A DNA stretch of 64,000 bases from NCBI GenBank assembly GCA_003221515.1, contig QHSI01000129.1:6646-70645 (forward strand). The letters run 5' to 3'. This DNA is from Candidatus Rokuibacteriota bacterium (GTDB taxonomy: Bacteria > Methylomirabilota > Methylomirabilia > Rokubacteriales > CSP1-6). Shown here piece by piece: positions 17,996-28,050 of the stretch. Every line of letters starts with the position of its first letter. The first letter of the stretch is position 1. The notes below the pieces were generated by a model, which was given only the letters and a program-made list of their open reading frames with translations, had not been told where the DNA came from and did no database searches. The position numbers and the translations under genes are program-made.

Positions 17996-18829
17996 ATGGA
18001 ATTCGGTCTGTTCACGGAGTTCCACAGTCCGCCGGGCGTGAGTGAGGCGGCGGCATTCGACGAGTCGCTGGCGCAGATGAAAGCGGCCGAGGATTTCGGA
18101 TTCGACGCGGTATGTTTGGCCGAAATCCACTTCCAAAAGGATCGATCGGTGCTGGCCGCGCCGTTGATCATCGCGTCCGCGCTGGCCGCCTGCACGCGAC
18201 GCGTCAAGATCGGGATCGCCGTCCAGGTTTTGCCGCTGAGCCACCCGTTGCGTCTGGCCGAAGACGTCGCCACCGTCGACCATATTTCCAAGGGACGACT
18301 GGAGTTCGGCGTCGGGCGCAGCGGGCTGCCCGGGCACTACCAGGGCGTGAACATTCCGTACAGCGAGAGCCGCGACCGCTTCCTCGAGACCCTCGACATA
18401 TTGCGTAAAGCGTGGACCCAGGAGCGCTTTTCACACCAGGGGAAGTATTTCCAGTTTCAGGACCTCTGCATCATGCCCAAGCCGTTTCAGAAGCCGCACC
18501 CGCCCATCCGCATCGCACAGAAGCGAGCACGATGGGCTTCTTCCGGTCGATCAGCTCGGCGCTCCGGAAATTCGACGGCGCGACCGCGCAGACCGCGGAA
18601 GCGCGCGCGGCGCGGGCCAATCGCCTCGCCGAAATCTCTTACGACGAGATCCTGAGCGAGTACGCCGTGTTCGGCACACCCGAAGCGGTGGTGGATCGGC
18701 TGCAGCAGCTGCGCGAGCAGATGGGGTTTCGACGCTCTCGACGTGGATGAACCCAGGCGGTCGAATCCCAAACGAGCGCGTCCTCAATCCATGCGCTTGT
18801 TCGCCGAGCGCGTAGCGCCGTTGTTGTAA
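17996..18829 (+). pseudogene. LLM-class flavin-dependent oxidoreductase with one internal deletion and two -1 frameshifts
   Basis: MEFGLF, AEIHF, LAEDVATVDHISKGRLEFGVGR, PKPFQKPHPPIRIA; remaining pieces in other frames to SMRLFAERVAPLL-TAA. Confidence 0.8.
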
Positions 18830-18830
18830 A

Positions 18831-18960
18831 GGGGGGCCCCGAAATGGCCCCCCATACCCCCCAACGCTCGGGCCGCCCCGGCGAAGCCGTGGCGCCCCTC
18901 GATTCTGCGTCGCGTGGCCGGGGCCCCGAAATGGCCCCGCCGTTGTGCCCTGGAGGTGCT
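18831..18960. repeat. REP/BIME-like doublet between convergent genes
   Basis: GGGCCCCGAAATGGCCCC occurs at 18834-18851 and 18921-18938; each copy is an imperfect palindrome. Confidence 0.6.
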
Positions 18961-18999
18961 GCTGGCACCTTCGGGCTCGCCTTCAGGATGTGGTGATCG

Positions 19000-19929
19000 C
19001 TAGTCCCAGAGCCGGGTCGAGAAGTAGCGCTCGCCCAGGTCGTTGAAGAGGGTCACGAAGCGGCCGCGTCCGAGGCGGCGGGCGACGCGCGCGACGCCTG
19101 CCATGTAGGCCCCGGAGGACTGACCCACGAAGAAGCCGGCCTGACCCAGCTGTACGCACATCGCGTACGCCTCGTCGACGGTCACCGGCACGCGCTCGTC
19201 GATCAAGTCCTGGTCCAAGATGGCCGGCACGATGTCCTCGGCACGGCCGAGCGGCTTGAGCCCCTCCACACCGGGGAACGCCTCGGGAATGACACAGATC
19301 ACCTTGATCGAAGGATCGTGCTCCTTGAGGCGGCGACCCAGGCCGGTCAGAGTGCCACCGGTCCCGACGCCGACGACGATATGGGTGAGCCGGCCATCCG
19401 TCTGCTGCAAGATCTCGGCGGCGGTCGTCTCGTAGTGCGCGCGCCAGTTGTCCGTGTTGCTGTACTGATCGCAGAAGAAGTAGCTTCCCGGCTCGGCCTC
19501 GAACCGGCGCCGAACTTCGCGCAGGGCCTCGTCGTAGCCCAGTAGCGCGTCCGTGAAGGTGAGCTTCGCCCCGTGCGCGAGCATACGCTTCTTGCGCTCG
19601 GCGCTCGCGTTGTCGGGGATCACGATCTCGACCGGCACGCCGATGATCCTGCCGATCATGGCGTACGCGATGCCGGCGTTGCCGGACGAGCTGTCCAGCA
19701 CGGCCTTGCCCGGCTTGAGCCGCCCGTCGTCCAGGGCACCCAGGAGCATGCGCAGCACGGGCCGGTCCTTGAGCGACCCCCCAGGATTCAGAGACTCCAT
19801 CTTCGCGAACACTTCCACGTCGGGCAGCTCGCCATGGAAGATCTCGACCGGGACCAGGGGAGTGTTCCCCACGGCTCGCAGGACGGGATGGCGCTCGACG
19901 AGCGCCTGGATATGGGGGGCCCAGGGCAT
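19000..19929 (-). CDS. cysM: PLP-dependent cysteine synthase (CysM/CysK family)
   Basis: VGNTPLV, KMESLNPGGSLKDR, SSSGNAGIA, GVGTGGT, FVGQSSG. Confidence 0.85.
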   Translation of the reverse strand: MPWAPHIQALVERHPVLRAVGNTPLVPVEIFHGELPDVEVFAKMESLNPGGSLKDRPVLRMLLGALDDGRLKPGKAVLDSSSGNAGIAYAMIGRIIGVPVEIVIPDNASAERKKRMLAHGAKLTFTDALLGYDEALREVRRRFEAEPGSYFFCDQYSNTDNWRAHYETTAAEILQQTDGRLTHIVVGVGTGGTLTGLGRRLKEHDPSIKVICVIPEAFPGVEGLKPLGRAEDIVPAILDQDLIDERVPVTVDEAYAMCVQLGQAGFFVGQSSGAYMAGVARVARRLGRGRFVTLFNDLGERYFSTRLWD

Positions 19930-20029
19930 GGCGGGTCTCTACCTCACGACCAAGACCGTATCATGGAGCGATCCTATCCTCACTCCCACGGGCTAGACTG
20001 GTGAAGGCGGGCGTTGGGTCCCGCCGACC

Positions 20030-21349
20030 ATGACCCGACTGCGACAGCGGTGGATCCAGCTCGCCCTGATCGGCGCCCCTGTCGTCCTGGCGCTCGCGAT
20101 CGGTGTCCTGATCTCCAACCGGTTCGCCGGGCCGCTACCTCCCCGGCGTCTCGTCATCTCGACCGGCCCCGTCGACGGCGCTTACTATCGGTACGCCCTC
20201 GAATACAGACGGGCGCTCGCCCAGCAGGGATTCAGGCTGGAGATTCGACCCGGTCCCGGCTCCATGGCGACACTGCAGAAGCTGATGGCCGGTGAGGTCG
20301 ACGTCGGATTCGTGCAGGGTGGCACGGTCCCGGAAGGCGTGACCGGCCTGACCGCCCTCGGCAGCCTGTTCTATGAGCCCCTCTGGATCTTTCACCGAAA
20401 GGGGCTCGGCGTGACGTCCCTGTCGGAGCTGCACGGCCGGCGCCTGGCGGTGGGCGAAGAGGGGAGCGGCACGCGGGCGCTCGTCCTTCGCCTGCTGACC
20501 GACAATGGTGTGACGGAGGACGGCACGTTCATCCTCCCGCTGGGGAACGTCGAAGCCGAGCACGCCTTGACGGGCGGACAGGTCGATGTCGCCTTCTTCG
20601 TGCTGGCGCCGCGCGCGGCGCTGGTCCAGCGGCTGCTCTCGAATCCACGGATCGAGCTGATGATGGAGCGTCGACTTCCCGCCTACGCCGGGCGCTACCA
20701 GTTCATGGAGTCGCTGCGCATCAGCGAGGGCGCGCTCGACATGGCGCGCAACATTCCCCGCGAGGATCGGACCGTCTTCGGCGTGACCGCGGCGCTCGTC
20801 GTGAGCGCCAGCATCCATCCGGACCTCGTCAGGCTCCTGCTCGACGCGGCCGACCGAGTGCATCGCAAGGGCGGTCTGCTCGAGCGCGCCGGCCAGTTCC
20901 CGTCGGAGGCGAACCTCGAGCTCCCGCTCAACGAGCAAGCTCGCCGCTACCTCCGCAACGGGCCCTCGTGGCTCGAGCGCACGTTCCCGTTCTGGCTCGC
21001 CGGACTGCTCGATCGCACGGTGCTGGTGATCCTGCCGGCGGTCACCCTGCTGTTTCCGCTCCTCGGCTGGCTACGGCCGACCGTGGAAAACATGTATCGA
21101 CGTCGCATCGCGCGCCGCTACGTCGTGCTGCGCGAGTCGGAAGAGCGCGGCGAGCCGCTCTCGGCCGAGGAGCTGAAGAGTGAGATCGATCGTCTGCGCG
21201 TGTTGCGGCGGCAGGTGATCGACGAGACCGAGGTCCCGCTGAAATACTCCGGGGAGATCTTCCACCTGACGATGCACATCGATCTGCTGCTGGAGCGATT
21301 CGAGCGCCGGCGGCGCGAGCTGCTCGAGTCGCCGGTCGGTCGGGCGTAG
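20030..21349 (+). CDS. TAXI family TRAP solute-binding protein with C-terminal TM/coiled-coil extension
   Basis: ISTGPVDGAYY, GFVQGG, LGSLFYEPLWIF, GEEGSGTR, YLRNGPSWL. Confidence 0.8.
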   Translation: MTRLRQRWIQLALIGAPVVLALAIGVLISNRFAGPLPPRRLVISTGPVDGAYYRYALEYRRALAQQGFRLEIRPGPGSMATLQKLMAGEVDVGFVQGGTVPEGVTGLTALGSLFYEPLWIFHRKGLGVTSLSELHGRRLAVGEEGSGTRALVLRLLTDNGVTEDGTFILPLGNVEAEHALTGGQVDVAFFVLAPRAALVQRLLSNPRIELMMERRLPAYAGRYQFMESLRISEGALDMARNIPREDRTVFGVTAALVVSASIHPDLVRLLLDAADRVHRKGGLLERAGQFPSEANLELPLNEQARRYLRNGPSWLERTFPFWLAGLLDRTVLVILPAVTLLFPLLGWLRPTVENMYRRRIARRYVVLRESEERGEPLSAEELKSEIDRLRVLRRQVIDETEVPLKYSGEIFHLTMHIDLLLERFERRRRELLESPVGRA

Positions 21350-21359
21350 GGCGGATCGC

Positions 21360-22427
21360 GTGCGGCAGCCGGACGGTGGCTTCTATCCGAGAGTGTTCGC
21401 GCTCGTCACCGCCGGCCTGCTCGGGGTGGCGCTCTCCTGGATGGTTCAGCCCTTCGTGGGCTCGATCCTCTGGGCGTTTCTCCTGGCCTTTCTGCTGTCG
21501 CCCGTCAACGAGGCGCTCGGCCGCGCGCTTCGGGGCCGTCGGGGGCTCGCCGCCCTCCTGATCACCCTCGCGAGCATCCTTTTGATCCTGCTGCCGGCGA
21601 CGCTGCTGGCGCTCGCCTTCGTCGGCCAGGCCACCGAGCTGGTCGGCCGCATCGAGGCGCTCGCCCAGCACCACCACATCACCAAGATGAGCGACGTCCT
21701 TCGGGTGCCGCTGCTGCAGGGGGCCATCGATCGCATGTTGGCCCACCTGCCGGTGAGCGCCGAGCAGATTCAGGGCTGGCTGGTGCAGGGCGGTCAGAAC
21801 GCGCTCAAGCTCGCGGTGGCCATGAGCGGCACGCTCGTCGTGGGCGCGCTCGGCGTCGTGGTCGGCTTCTTCCTCATGCTTTTCCTTCTCTTCTTCTTCC
21901 TGCGCGACGGCGGGGAGATGGTCCGGCGGGGCGTGCGCTTGATCCCGATGGACCCGGCGCGGAAGGCGGACCTGCTTGCCCATCTGTCCGCGGTGACGCG
22001 CGCGGTCGTCCTCGGCACGCTGCTGACCGCCGTGGCTCAGGGCACGCTCCTCGGGATCGGCTTCGCCATGGCCGGGTTGCCCTCGCCCGTGGTGTTCGGG
22101 GTGCTGAGCTCGATCGTGTCGCTGGTGCCGATGGTGGGCACCGCGCTCGTCTGGATCCCGGCCGTCGGCGTGCTCCTGATCCAGGAGCGGCTGTGGGCGT
22201 CGGGCTTCCTGCTCGTGTGGTCGCTGGCGCTGGTGGGCACGATCGACAATGTCCTGAAGCCCCTCGTCGTCTCGGGCCGGGCTCAGATCTCGACGCTGCC
22301 CGTCTTCCTCGGGCTCATGGGAGGCCTCTCCGCGTTCGGCGCGATCGGGATGGTGCTGGGTCCGGTCATCGTCGCGCTGATGATCGCGCTGCTCCAGTTC
22401 GCCGAAGAGTCGCGACCGACCGAGTAG
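21360..22427 (+). CDS. AI-2E family transporter
   Basis: Multi-TM; PMVGTALVWIPA, IDNVLKP, GGLSAFGAIGMVLGP. Confidence 0.85.
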   Translation: MRQPDGGFYPRVFALVTAGLLGVALSWMVQPFVGSILWAFLLAFLLSPVNEALGRALRGRRGLAALLITLASILLILLPATLLALAFVGQATELVGRIEALAQHHHITKMSDVLRVPLLQGAIDRMLAHLPVSAEQIQGWLVQGGQNALKLAVAMSGTLVVGALGVVVGFFLMLFLLFFFLRDGGEMVRRGVRLIPMDPARKADLLAHLSAVTRAVVLGTLLTAVAQGTLLGIGFAMAGLPSPVVFGVLSSIVSLVPMVGTALVWIPAVGVLLIQERLWASGFLLVWSLALVGTIDNVLKPLVVSGRAQISTLPVFLGLMGGLSAFGAIGMVLGPVIVALMIALLQFAEESRPTE

Positions 22428-23399
22428 CTAACGCTGAGGAGCTTCGGCGGTCGATCCTTCGGTCAGGACCAGCACCTCGACGCGTCGGTTCTGCTGACGG
22501 CCGACCGACGTATCGTTGTCGACGATCGGGAACCTCGCGCCGTAGCCCTTGGTGCGAATCCGCTGTGAGGTGATGCCCCTGGCCACCAGCAGATCCCGAA
22601 CGGCGTCCGCGCGCTGCTGCGACAGCTTGAGGTTGAACTCCTCGTTGCCGAGGCTGTCCGAGTGGCCCTCGATCAGCACGTTGCGCTTGGGATACGTCTT
22701 GAGGAATTCCGCCAGCTTGTCGATGCTTCGCTGCGCGCCCGGCCCCACGCTGGTCTTGCCGGCATCGAAGAGCACGTCGCCGATCGTGAGCACCAGGCCG
22801 CGGTCGGTCTGCTGCGCCCTGAGGCTCGCCAGCTCCTTCGCGAGCGCCGCTCCCTTGGCCTGCTCCGCCGCGCGGGCCTTCGCCTCGGCCTCTACGTCGC
22901 GGCGGCGGGCCTGCTCGGCCGCGCGGGCCTGCGCCTCGGCTTCGCGCACGCGCGCCTCGGCGGCGAGCCGGACCTGGTCGGACTCGAGGCCCCGCGCGTC
23001 GGTCCCGGCGCGGGCGGCCGTGAGCTCACGGTCGCGCTTCTTCAGCAGCATCTCGGCGGTCTCCTTGCCGAGCTGCTGCAGGGTCTGCTCCGTCTGGCCA
23101 GTGGCGCCCGTCACCGACGCGAGCTGGGCCTTTCGCTCTGCGACGTAGCCCAGGTGCTGCTGCTCGTCGAGGTCCTTCGCCTGCTCGGCGGCCCGCAGCG
23201 CCTTCTGCGCGTCCACCAGCCACAGCTGCGCGTACATCTGCACACTCGGATCGCGCTGTGCCTGCTGGAAGGCGGCCTGCGCCCGTGCCATTTGCTCCTT
23301 CACCGCCCGTTGCTGGTCCGAAGACGCGCAGCCGGCGGCGAGGGCCAGGGGAAGGACCGCCGCCACGAACCGATCGAGCGAAGGGGTACGCTGACTCAT
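22428..23399 (-). CDS. OmpA family lipoprotein with N-terminal DUF4398-like coiled coil
   Basis: LAAGC lipobox; TDRGLVLTIGDVLF, IEGHSD, LSQQRADAV, NRRVEV. Confidence 0.85.
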   Translation of the reverse strand: MSQRTPSLDRFVAAVLPLALAAGCASSDQQRAVKEQMARAQAAFQQAQRDPSVQMYAQLWLVDAQKALRAAEQAKDLDEQQHLGYVAERKAQLASVTGATGQTEQTLQQLGKETAEMLLKKRDRELTAARAGTDARGLESDQVRLAAEARVREAEAQARAAEQARRRDVEAEAKARAAEQAKGAALAKELASLRAQQTDRGLVLTIGDVLFDAGKTSVGPGAQRSIDKLAEFLKTYPKRNVLIEGHSDSLGNEEFNLKLSQQRADAVRDLLVARGITSQRIRTKGYGARFPIVDNDTSVGRQQNRRVEVLVLTEGSTAEAPQR

Positions 23400-23425
23400 T
23401 GTCGGACCTCCGCGAGCGAGCCGCC

Positions 23426-23809
23426 CTACGGGGTACGCTCGAGCTCCTGGCGCAGCGCCTCGAGGGATTGGTTCATCTCGCCGGCCATCGCGTTGACGCG
23501 CTGATTGGCGGCCCGCGCGCGCGCGTATTCCGCGTCGATCCCCGCCTGCTCGGCCGACCGGATCGCCCGCTCGTGCCTGCCCTTTTCCATCGCCGTCTGA
23601 GCGGCCATCAGCTTGTCTCGCGCGTTCTTGAACTCGACCGGCGCGCGGACCGCCGCGCCCGCCTGCTGGGCTTCGTCCACCGCTCGCTCGGCTTGCGCGA
23701 GCTTGGCGCTCACCAGGGGGTTGTGGCTGGAGCAGCCGACCGCCGACAACGCCACGATCACCGCCGACAACGCCCCGAGCACGGTCGCCACGATCCGCTT
23801 GAGGTGCAC
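23426..23809 (-). CDS. DUF4398-like lipoprotein
   Basis: GGAGG RBS and GTG; AVGC lipobox; APVEFKNARDKL...AEQAGIDAEYARA; directly upstream of the OmpA gene. Confidence 0.7.
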   Translation of the reverse strand: MHLKRIVATVLGALSAVIVALSAVGCSSHNPLVSAKLAQAERAVDEAQQAGAAVRAPVEFKNARDKLMAAQTAMEKGRHERAIRSAEQAGIDAEYARARAANQRVNAMAGEMNQSLEALRQELERTP

Positions 23810-24055
23810 GGCTGACCTCCTCGCGTCGCACGGCCGGCCGCCGCGACGAAGTGGCCGCCGTCGCGCGACGTCATCACGATCGTCACCGGGCCCGCGGCGC
23901 CGCCATCCGGTAAAACCCGCATCGCGTGCGCGGGCGCTGCCTCTGATGATAGCCACGCTCTTCTGGCGCTGCATCTGATCGCGGTCATCGCGGCGACGGG
24001 AGCTTCGCGCGCCGTCGCTGTGCGGTTCGGACGGACGGACGACGAGAGGATGCGA

Positions 24056-25309
24056 CTACGGCCGGGCGATCTCGTGCAGATACCACTCCGTGTAGCGGAT
24101 CACGTTGTACTCGCGCTTCGTGGAGTAGGGCCCGGGCGTGAACGCGGACGAGCTCACGCCGGCCTGGTTCTTCTCGCACAGGTTCCAGTCCTGGATGCTC
24201 GTGAGCTCCCAGAACGGCAGCAGCGCGTCGAGCGCGTAGTCCCTGCCCTCGACGGCGTCCTCGTGGACGAGCCACTGCACCTGTACCCGCGTCGTCTGCG
24301 GGCCCGCCGGCACCAGGCGCGTCGACACGGCGTGATCGCTGCTCGCGTGGTTCCAGAAGTTCGGCATCGTCCGCATGCGCAGCGTGCCGACGTCGCGCGT
24401 CGAGTAGCGTCCCATCAGGGGCGCGACCGGCCGGCCGTCCATCGACTCGGTGACCCAGCCCGGCACCAGCGGCGTGCGGTTGATCGACCACCAGCAATCT
24501 TGTGACGGGAAGCGCACCATGCCCGCCTCGCGGTAGTCGATCAGGAGGCCGTCGGCTTCGAGCCGCTCCGAGGTCGCGCGGGCCTGCGCCTCGATCTCGC
24601 GGCGGAGCGCCGGGTCGTCGATCGGCGCATTGTCGTAGTTGGCCTTGACGTACTGGGGATGATTCGCGTGGCAGTGCCAGCACTCCCGGTTGTTCTCCCA
24701 CACGAGCTTCCAGTTCGCGCGCACCTCGTAGTCGCGCACGGCCGCGACCTTCGCGCGCTCGAACCCCTGCGGCGCGAGCTGCGGGGCGAGGTCCTGTGCG
24801 GCCGGCTCGAACGGGACCGGATCGGCGGCGGCCAGGCACACGAAGACGAGCCCGCCGACCTCGCGGACGTGCGCGCGATGCAGGCCGTAGTCGCGCCGAT
24901 CGAGGTCGCCGTCTCGGTCCATCCCGCCGCAGGCCACCAGATCGCCGTTACGGGCGTACGACCACTGGTGATACGGGCAGACGATGCGAGCGGCGTGGCC
25001 GGACTCGGCCTGGCAGACCTTCATCCCGCGATGGCGGCAGGTGTTGTGGAGCGCGTGGATCTTCTCGTCGTCGCCACGGATGACGATGACCGAGTCGGTG
25101 TCCACGTCGAAGACGAAGTAGTCGCCCGGGCGCTTCACCTGACAGGCGTGGCCGGCGAAGAGCCAGCCGCGGCGCCAGATGCGCTCCAGGTCGAGCTGGT
25201 AGATTCCGGGATCGGTCTGGAACTCGCGCGGCAGCGCGTGGCCGGCCTCGTGCTCGGCGATCAGACGATCGAGCAGCGCCCGGGCTTCGGCGGTCGCCAT
25301 CGTCCGCAT
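24056..25309 (-). CDS. Rieske non-heme iron oxygenase alpha subunit (GbcA/betaine demethylase-like)
   Basis: CRHRG and CPYHQW Rieske motifs; NWKLVWENNRECWHCHANHP; QDWNLCEKNQ. Confidence 0.85.
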   Translation of the reverse strand: MRTMATAEARALLDRLIAEHEAGHALPREFQTDPGIYQLDLERIWRRGWLFAGHACQVKRPGDYFVFDVDTDSVIVIRGDDEKIHALHNTCRHRGMKVCQAESGHAARIVCPYHQWSYARNGDLVACGGMDRDGDLDRRDYGLHRAHVREVGGLVFVCLAAADPVPFEPAAQDLAPQLAPQGFERAKVAAVRDYEVRANWKLVWENNRECWHCHANHPQYVKANYDNAPIDDPALRREIEAQARATSERLEADGLLIDYREAGMVRFPSQDCWWSINRTPLVPGWVTESMDGRPVAPLMGRYSTRDVGTLRMRTMPNFWNHASSDHAVSTRLVPAGPQTTRVQVQWLVHEDAVEGRDYALDALLPFWELTSIQDWNLCEKNQAGVSSSAFTPGPYSTKREYNVIRYTEWYLHEIARP

Positions 25310-27756
25310 TATAGGCGGAGGCGGGCGCCGGCCGGATCGTACAGCACGTCCGGTGCGACCTCGGCGGCGTGGCGCGTGCCGAACGCTTCGATCTCGAGCG
25401 GCGTGCCGGTGCCGGCCAGCGCCGGCGGCAGATAGACGAAGCCGATGTGCTTACCGACCGTGTAGCCCCAGCCGGCGCTCCGCAGCCGGCCCATCACGCG
25501 ACCGTCCGCGTAGACCGCTTCGCCGCCGTAGAGATCGGAGTCGTGCGGGAGCGCAGGCGTCAGCGTGATCGTGCAGAGCTTCCGCTGGACGCCCGCGGCC
25601 TTGATCTGGAGCAGCGCGTCGCGTCCGATGAAGTCGCCCTTGTGCAGCCGCACGCAGAAGCCGAGTCCCGCTTCGTACGGGTTCTCGGCCGGCGTGAGGT
25701 CGCTGCTCCAATACCGATAGCCCTTCTCGAGCCTCAGCGAGTCGACGGCCTTGTAGCCGGCCGGCTCGACGCCGAGAGGGCGGCCGGCGGCCAGCAGCGC
25801 GTCCCACACGGCGACGGCGTGCTCGTTCGGAACGTAGAGCTCCCAGCCGAGCTCGCCCACGTACGTGACGCGCTGCGCCTGCACGCGAACGCCGGCCAGG
25901 TCGATCCAGCGCGCGGACATATAAGGGAGCGCCTCGTTGGACACGTCGCTCGTCGTGACCCTCGCCAGCACGCGGCGCGCCGCGGGTCCCCAGAGGCCGA
26001 TGCACGCGAGCTGGTCGGTGACGTCGCGCGCCTCCACGCCCCGGGACGGCATGTGCATCCGGATCCAGCCGAGGTCGCTCGCCAGGAAGTTGCTGCCCGT
26101 CGTCACCCGGAAGCGATCCTCGGCCCAGCGGGTGATGGTCAGATCGCTCTCGATCCCGCCGCGCGGGTTCAAGAACTGCGTGTAGACGACGCTGCCGGGC
26201 GGACGGTCGACGTCGTTGTCGGCGAGCCGCTGGAGCAGCGCCAGCGCCCCCGGCCCGGTCACGTCGAGCTTGCCGAACGAGGTGAAGTCGAAGAGCCCGG
26301 CGCGCTCGCGCACCGCGCGATGCTCGGCGCCCACGCGCTCGAAGAACCGCGGCCGCGCCCAGCCCCACGCGCGCTGATCCGTGCCGGCGCGCCGCCCGGC
26401 GGCGCCGGGCTCGAAGTAGTTCGCCCGCTCCCAGCCGTTCTTCTCGCCGAACACGGCGCCGGCGTCGGCGAGACGCGCGTCGAGCGGGCTCGGCCGGCGC
26501 CCGCGGGCCCACTCGTTCTCGTCGTGTGGGTACCGGAGCATGTAGTAGTACCTGTACGATTCGCGCGCCCGCTCGGCGGCGTAGGCGCGATCGGCGTAGA
26601 CGGAGCCGAAGCGCCGCACGTTCAGCTCCGTCACGTCGTAGGGCGGCTCGCCGTCGACGAGCCAATCGGCGAGGATCGCGCCGATCGCGCCGCCGGCGCC
26701 GAAGCCCGTGTGGGAGAGGCCGGCCGCCATCCAGAAGCCCGGCACGCCCGGCAGGGGGCCGAGCAGGGGACGGCTGTCCGGCGTGATGCCCTCGGGACCG
26801 TTCACCAGGTGCGCGAGCTCGGCCTTCGCGAGCACGGGCACGCGGCGGATGGCGCCCTCGAGGATCTCGTCGAACAGCTCCCAGTCGGACGGCAGGAGCG
26901 TTTGCGCGAAGTCCCACGGCACGCCGTCGATCGACCACGCGACGGGACTCCGCTCGAAGCCGCCGATCAGGAAACCGCCGACTTCCTCGCGCATGTAGAC
27001 GAGGTTCTCCGGATCGCGCAGGCACGGCGTCCGGCGGCCGAGCTCGTGCCCGGGCATCGGCTTCGTGGCCAGGTGCTGGTGGACCAGCGGCGTGATCGGC
27101 AGGCTGACGCCGACCATCGCGGCGATCTGAGCGGCCCACATGCCGCCCGCGTTGACGATGCACTCGGTCCTGATCGCGCCGCGGTGGGTCTCGACCGCCG
27201 TGACCTCGCCGCGCGCCCCGCGCGTGATGCCGGTGACCCGCACCCCCGTGAGGATCTCGACGCCCAGTCGGCGGGCCCGCGCGGCCAGCTCCATCGTGGC
27301 GCCGCTCGGATCGATCCAGCCATCGCCGGGCAGGTACATCGCGCCGTACAGATTGTCGCCGGACATGAGGGGAAAGATGCGCAGCGACTCGGCCGGCGAG
27401 ATCGTGTCCACGTCGAGGCCGATCGCCTTTGCCATGCCGACTTGCCGCTCGAGGAACCGGAGCTGATCGCGGCTCGACGCGACGCGAAGACTGCCGACCT
27501 CGTGCCAGTGCTCGACCGATCCCGGCTCTGCCTGCAAGCGTCGGTAGAGTGCGATCGAATACTGCCGCATGCGCATGAGCGTCGGCGACGTGTGGAAGTG
27601 CGTGACCATCCCCGCCGCATGCCAGGTCGTTCCGCTCGTCAGCTCACCCTTGTCCACGAGCACCACATCCGTCCACCCCTTCTCCGCCAGATGAAACGCA
27701 ACGCTACACCCCGCGATCCCCCCACCAATGATGACGACGCGTACCTGACTCTTCAT
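25309..27756 (-). CDS. GcvT-family FAD-dependent oxidoreductase (dimethylglycine/sarcosine dehydrogenase-like)
   Basis: IIGGGIAG, TSGTTWHAAG, NGPEGITPD, GEKNGWERANYF, DSLRLEKGY; TAATG coupling to the Rieske gene. Confidence 0.85.
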   Translation of the reverse strand: MKSQVRVVIIGGGIAGCSVAFHLAEKGWTDVVLVDKGELTSGTTWHAAGMVTHFHTSPTLMRMRQYSIALYRRLQAEPGSVEHWHEVGSLRVASSRDQLRFLERQVGMAKAIGLDVDTISPAESLRIFPLMSGDNLYGAMYLPGDGWIDPSGATMELAARARRLGVEILTGVRVTGITRGARGEVTAVETHRGAIRTECIVNAGGMWAAQIAAMVGVSLPITPLVHQHLATKPMPGHELGRRTPCLRDPENLVYMREEVGGFLIGGFERSPVAWSIDGVPWDFAQTLLPSDWELFDEILEGAIRRVPVLAKAELAHLVNGPEGITPDSRPLLGPLPGVPGFWMAAGLSHTGFGAGGAIGAILADWLVDGEPPYDVTELNVRRFGSVYADRAYAAERARESYRYYYMLRYPHDENEWARGRRPSPLDARLADAGAVFGEKNGWERANYFEPGAAGRRAGTDQRAWGWARPRFFERVGAEHRAVRERAGLFDFTSFGKLDVTGPGALALLQRLADNDVDRPPGSVVYTQFLNPRGGIESDLTITRWAEDRFRVTTGSNFLASDLGWIRMHMPSRGVEARDVTDQLACIGLWGPAARRVLARVTTSDVSNEALPYMSARWIDLAGVRVQAQRVTYVGELGWELYVPNEHAVAVWDALLAAGRPLGVEPAGYKAVDSLRLEKGYRYWSSDLTPAENPYEAGLGFCVRLHKGDFIGRDALLQIKAAGVQRKLCTITLTPALPHDSDLYGGEAVYADGRVMGRLRSAGWGYTVGKHIGFVYLPPALAGTGTPLEIEAFGTRHAAEVAPDVLYDPAGARLRL

Positions 27757-27862
27757 CTCACGCTCGCGCCTTGTCGGGCGACGCCGGACACGGCGGCGGG
27801 TGTGCCAGAGGCGACTCCGATGCTGGGCGCGCAGTACGACGTCGAGATTGCCGCAACGGGGA

Positions 27863-28022
27863 GGCGGCGGTGGCGACCGTGTGCGGGAGGGGTCGACGGG
27901 ACCCGTTCCCTAAGAGCGGCGGCGGACGACGCGCGCCCGGATGGAGCCCAGCCGCCGCGGGGCAGCGAACACGTGCCGCGTGGTAGCCGCGACCCCTCCC
28001 GCATACGGTCGCCACCGCCGCC
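27863..28022. repeat. Intergenic element bounded by 33-bp inverted repeats (MITE/REP-like)
   Basis: 27863-27895 and 27990-28022 are reverse complements with a single G/T mismatch; 94-nt spacer with internal palindromes. Confidence 0.75.
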
Positions 28023-28050
28023 GTCACGTCGCGCAAACGCAACCCGCGCT

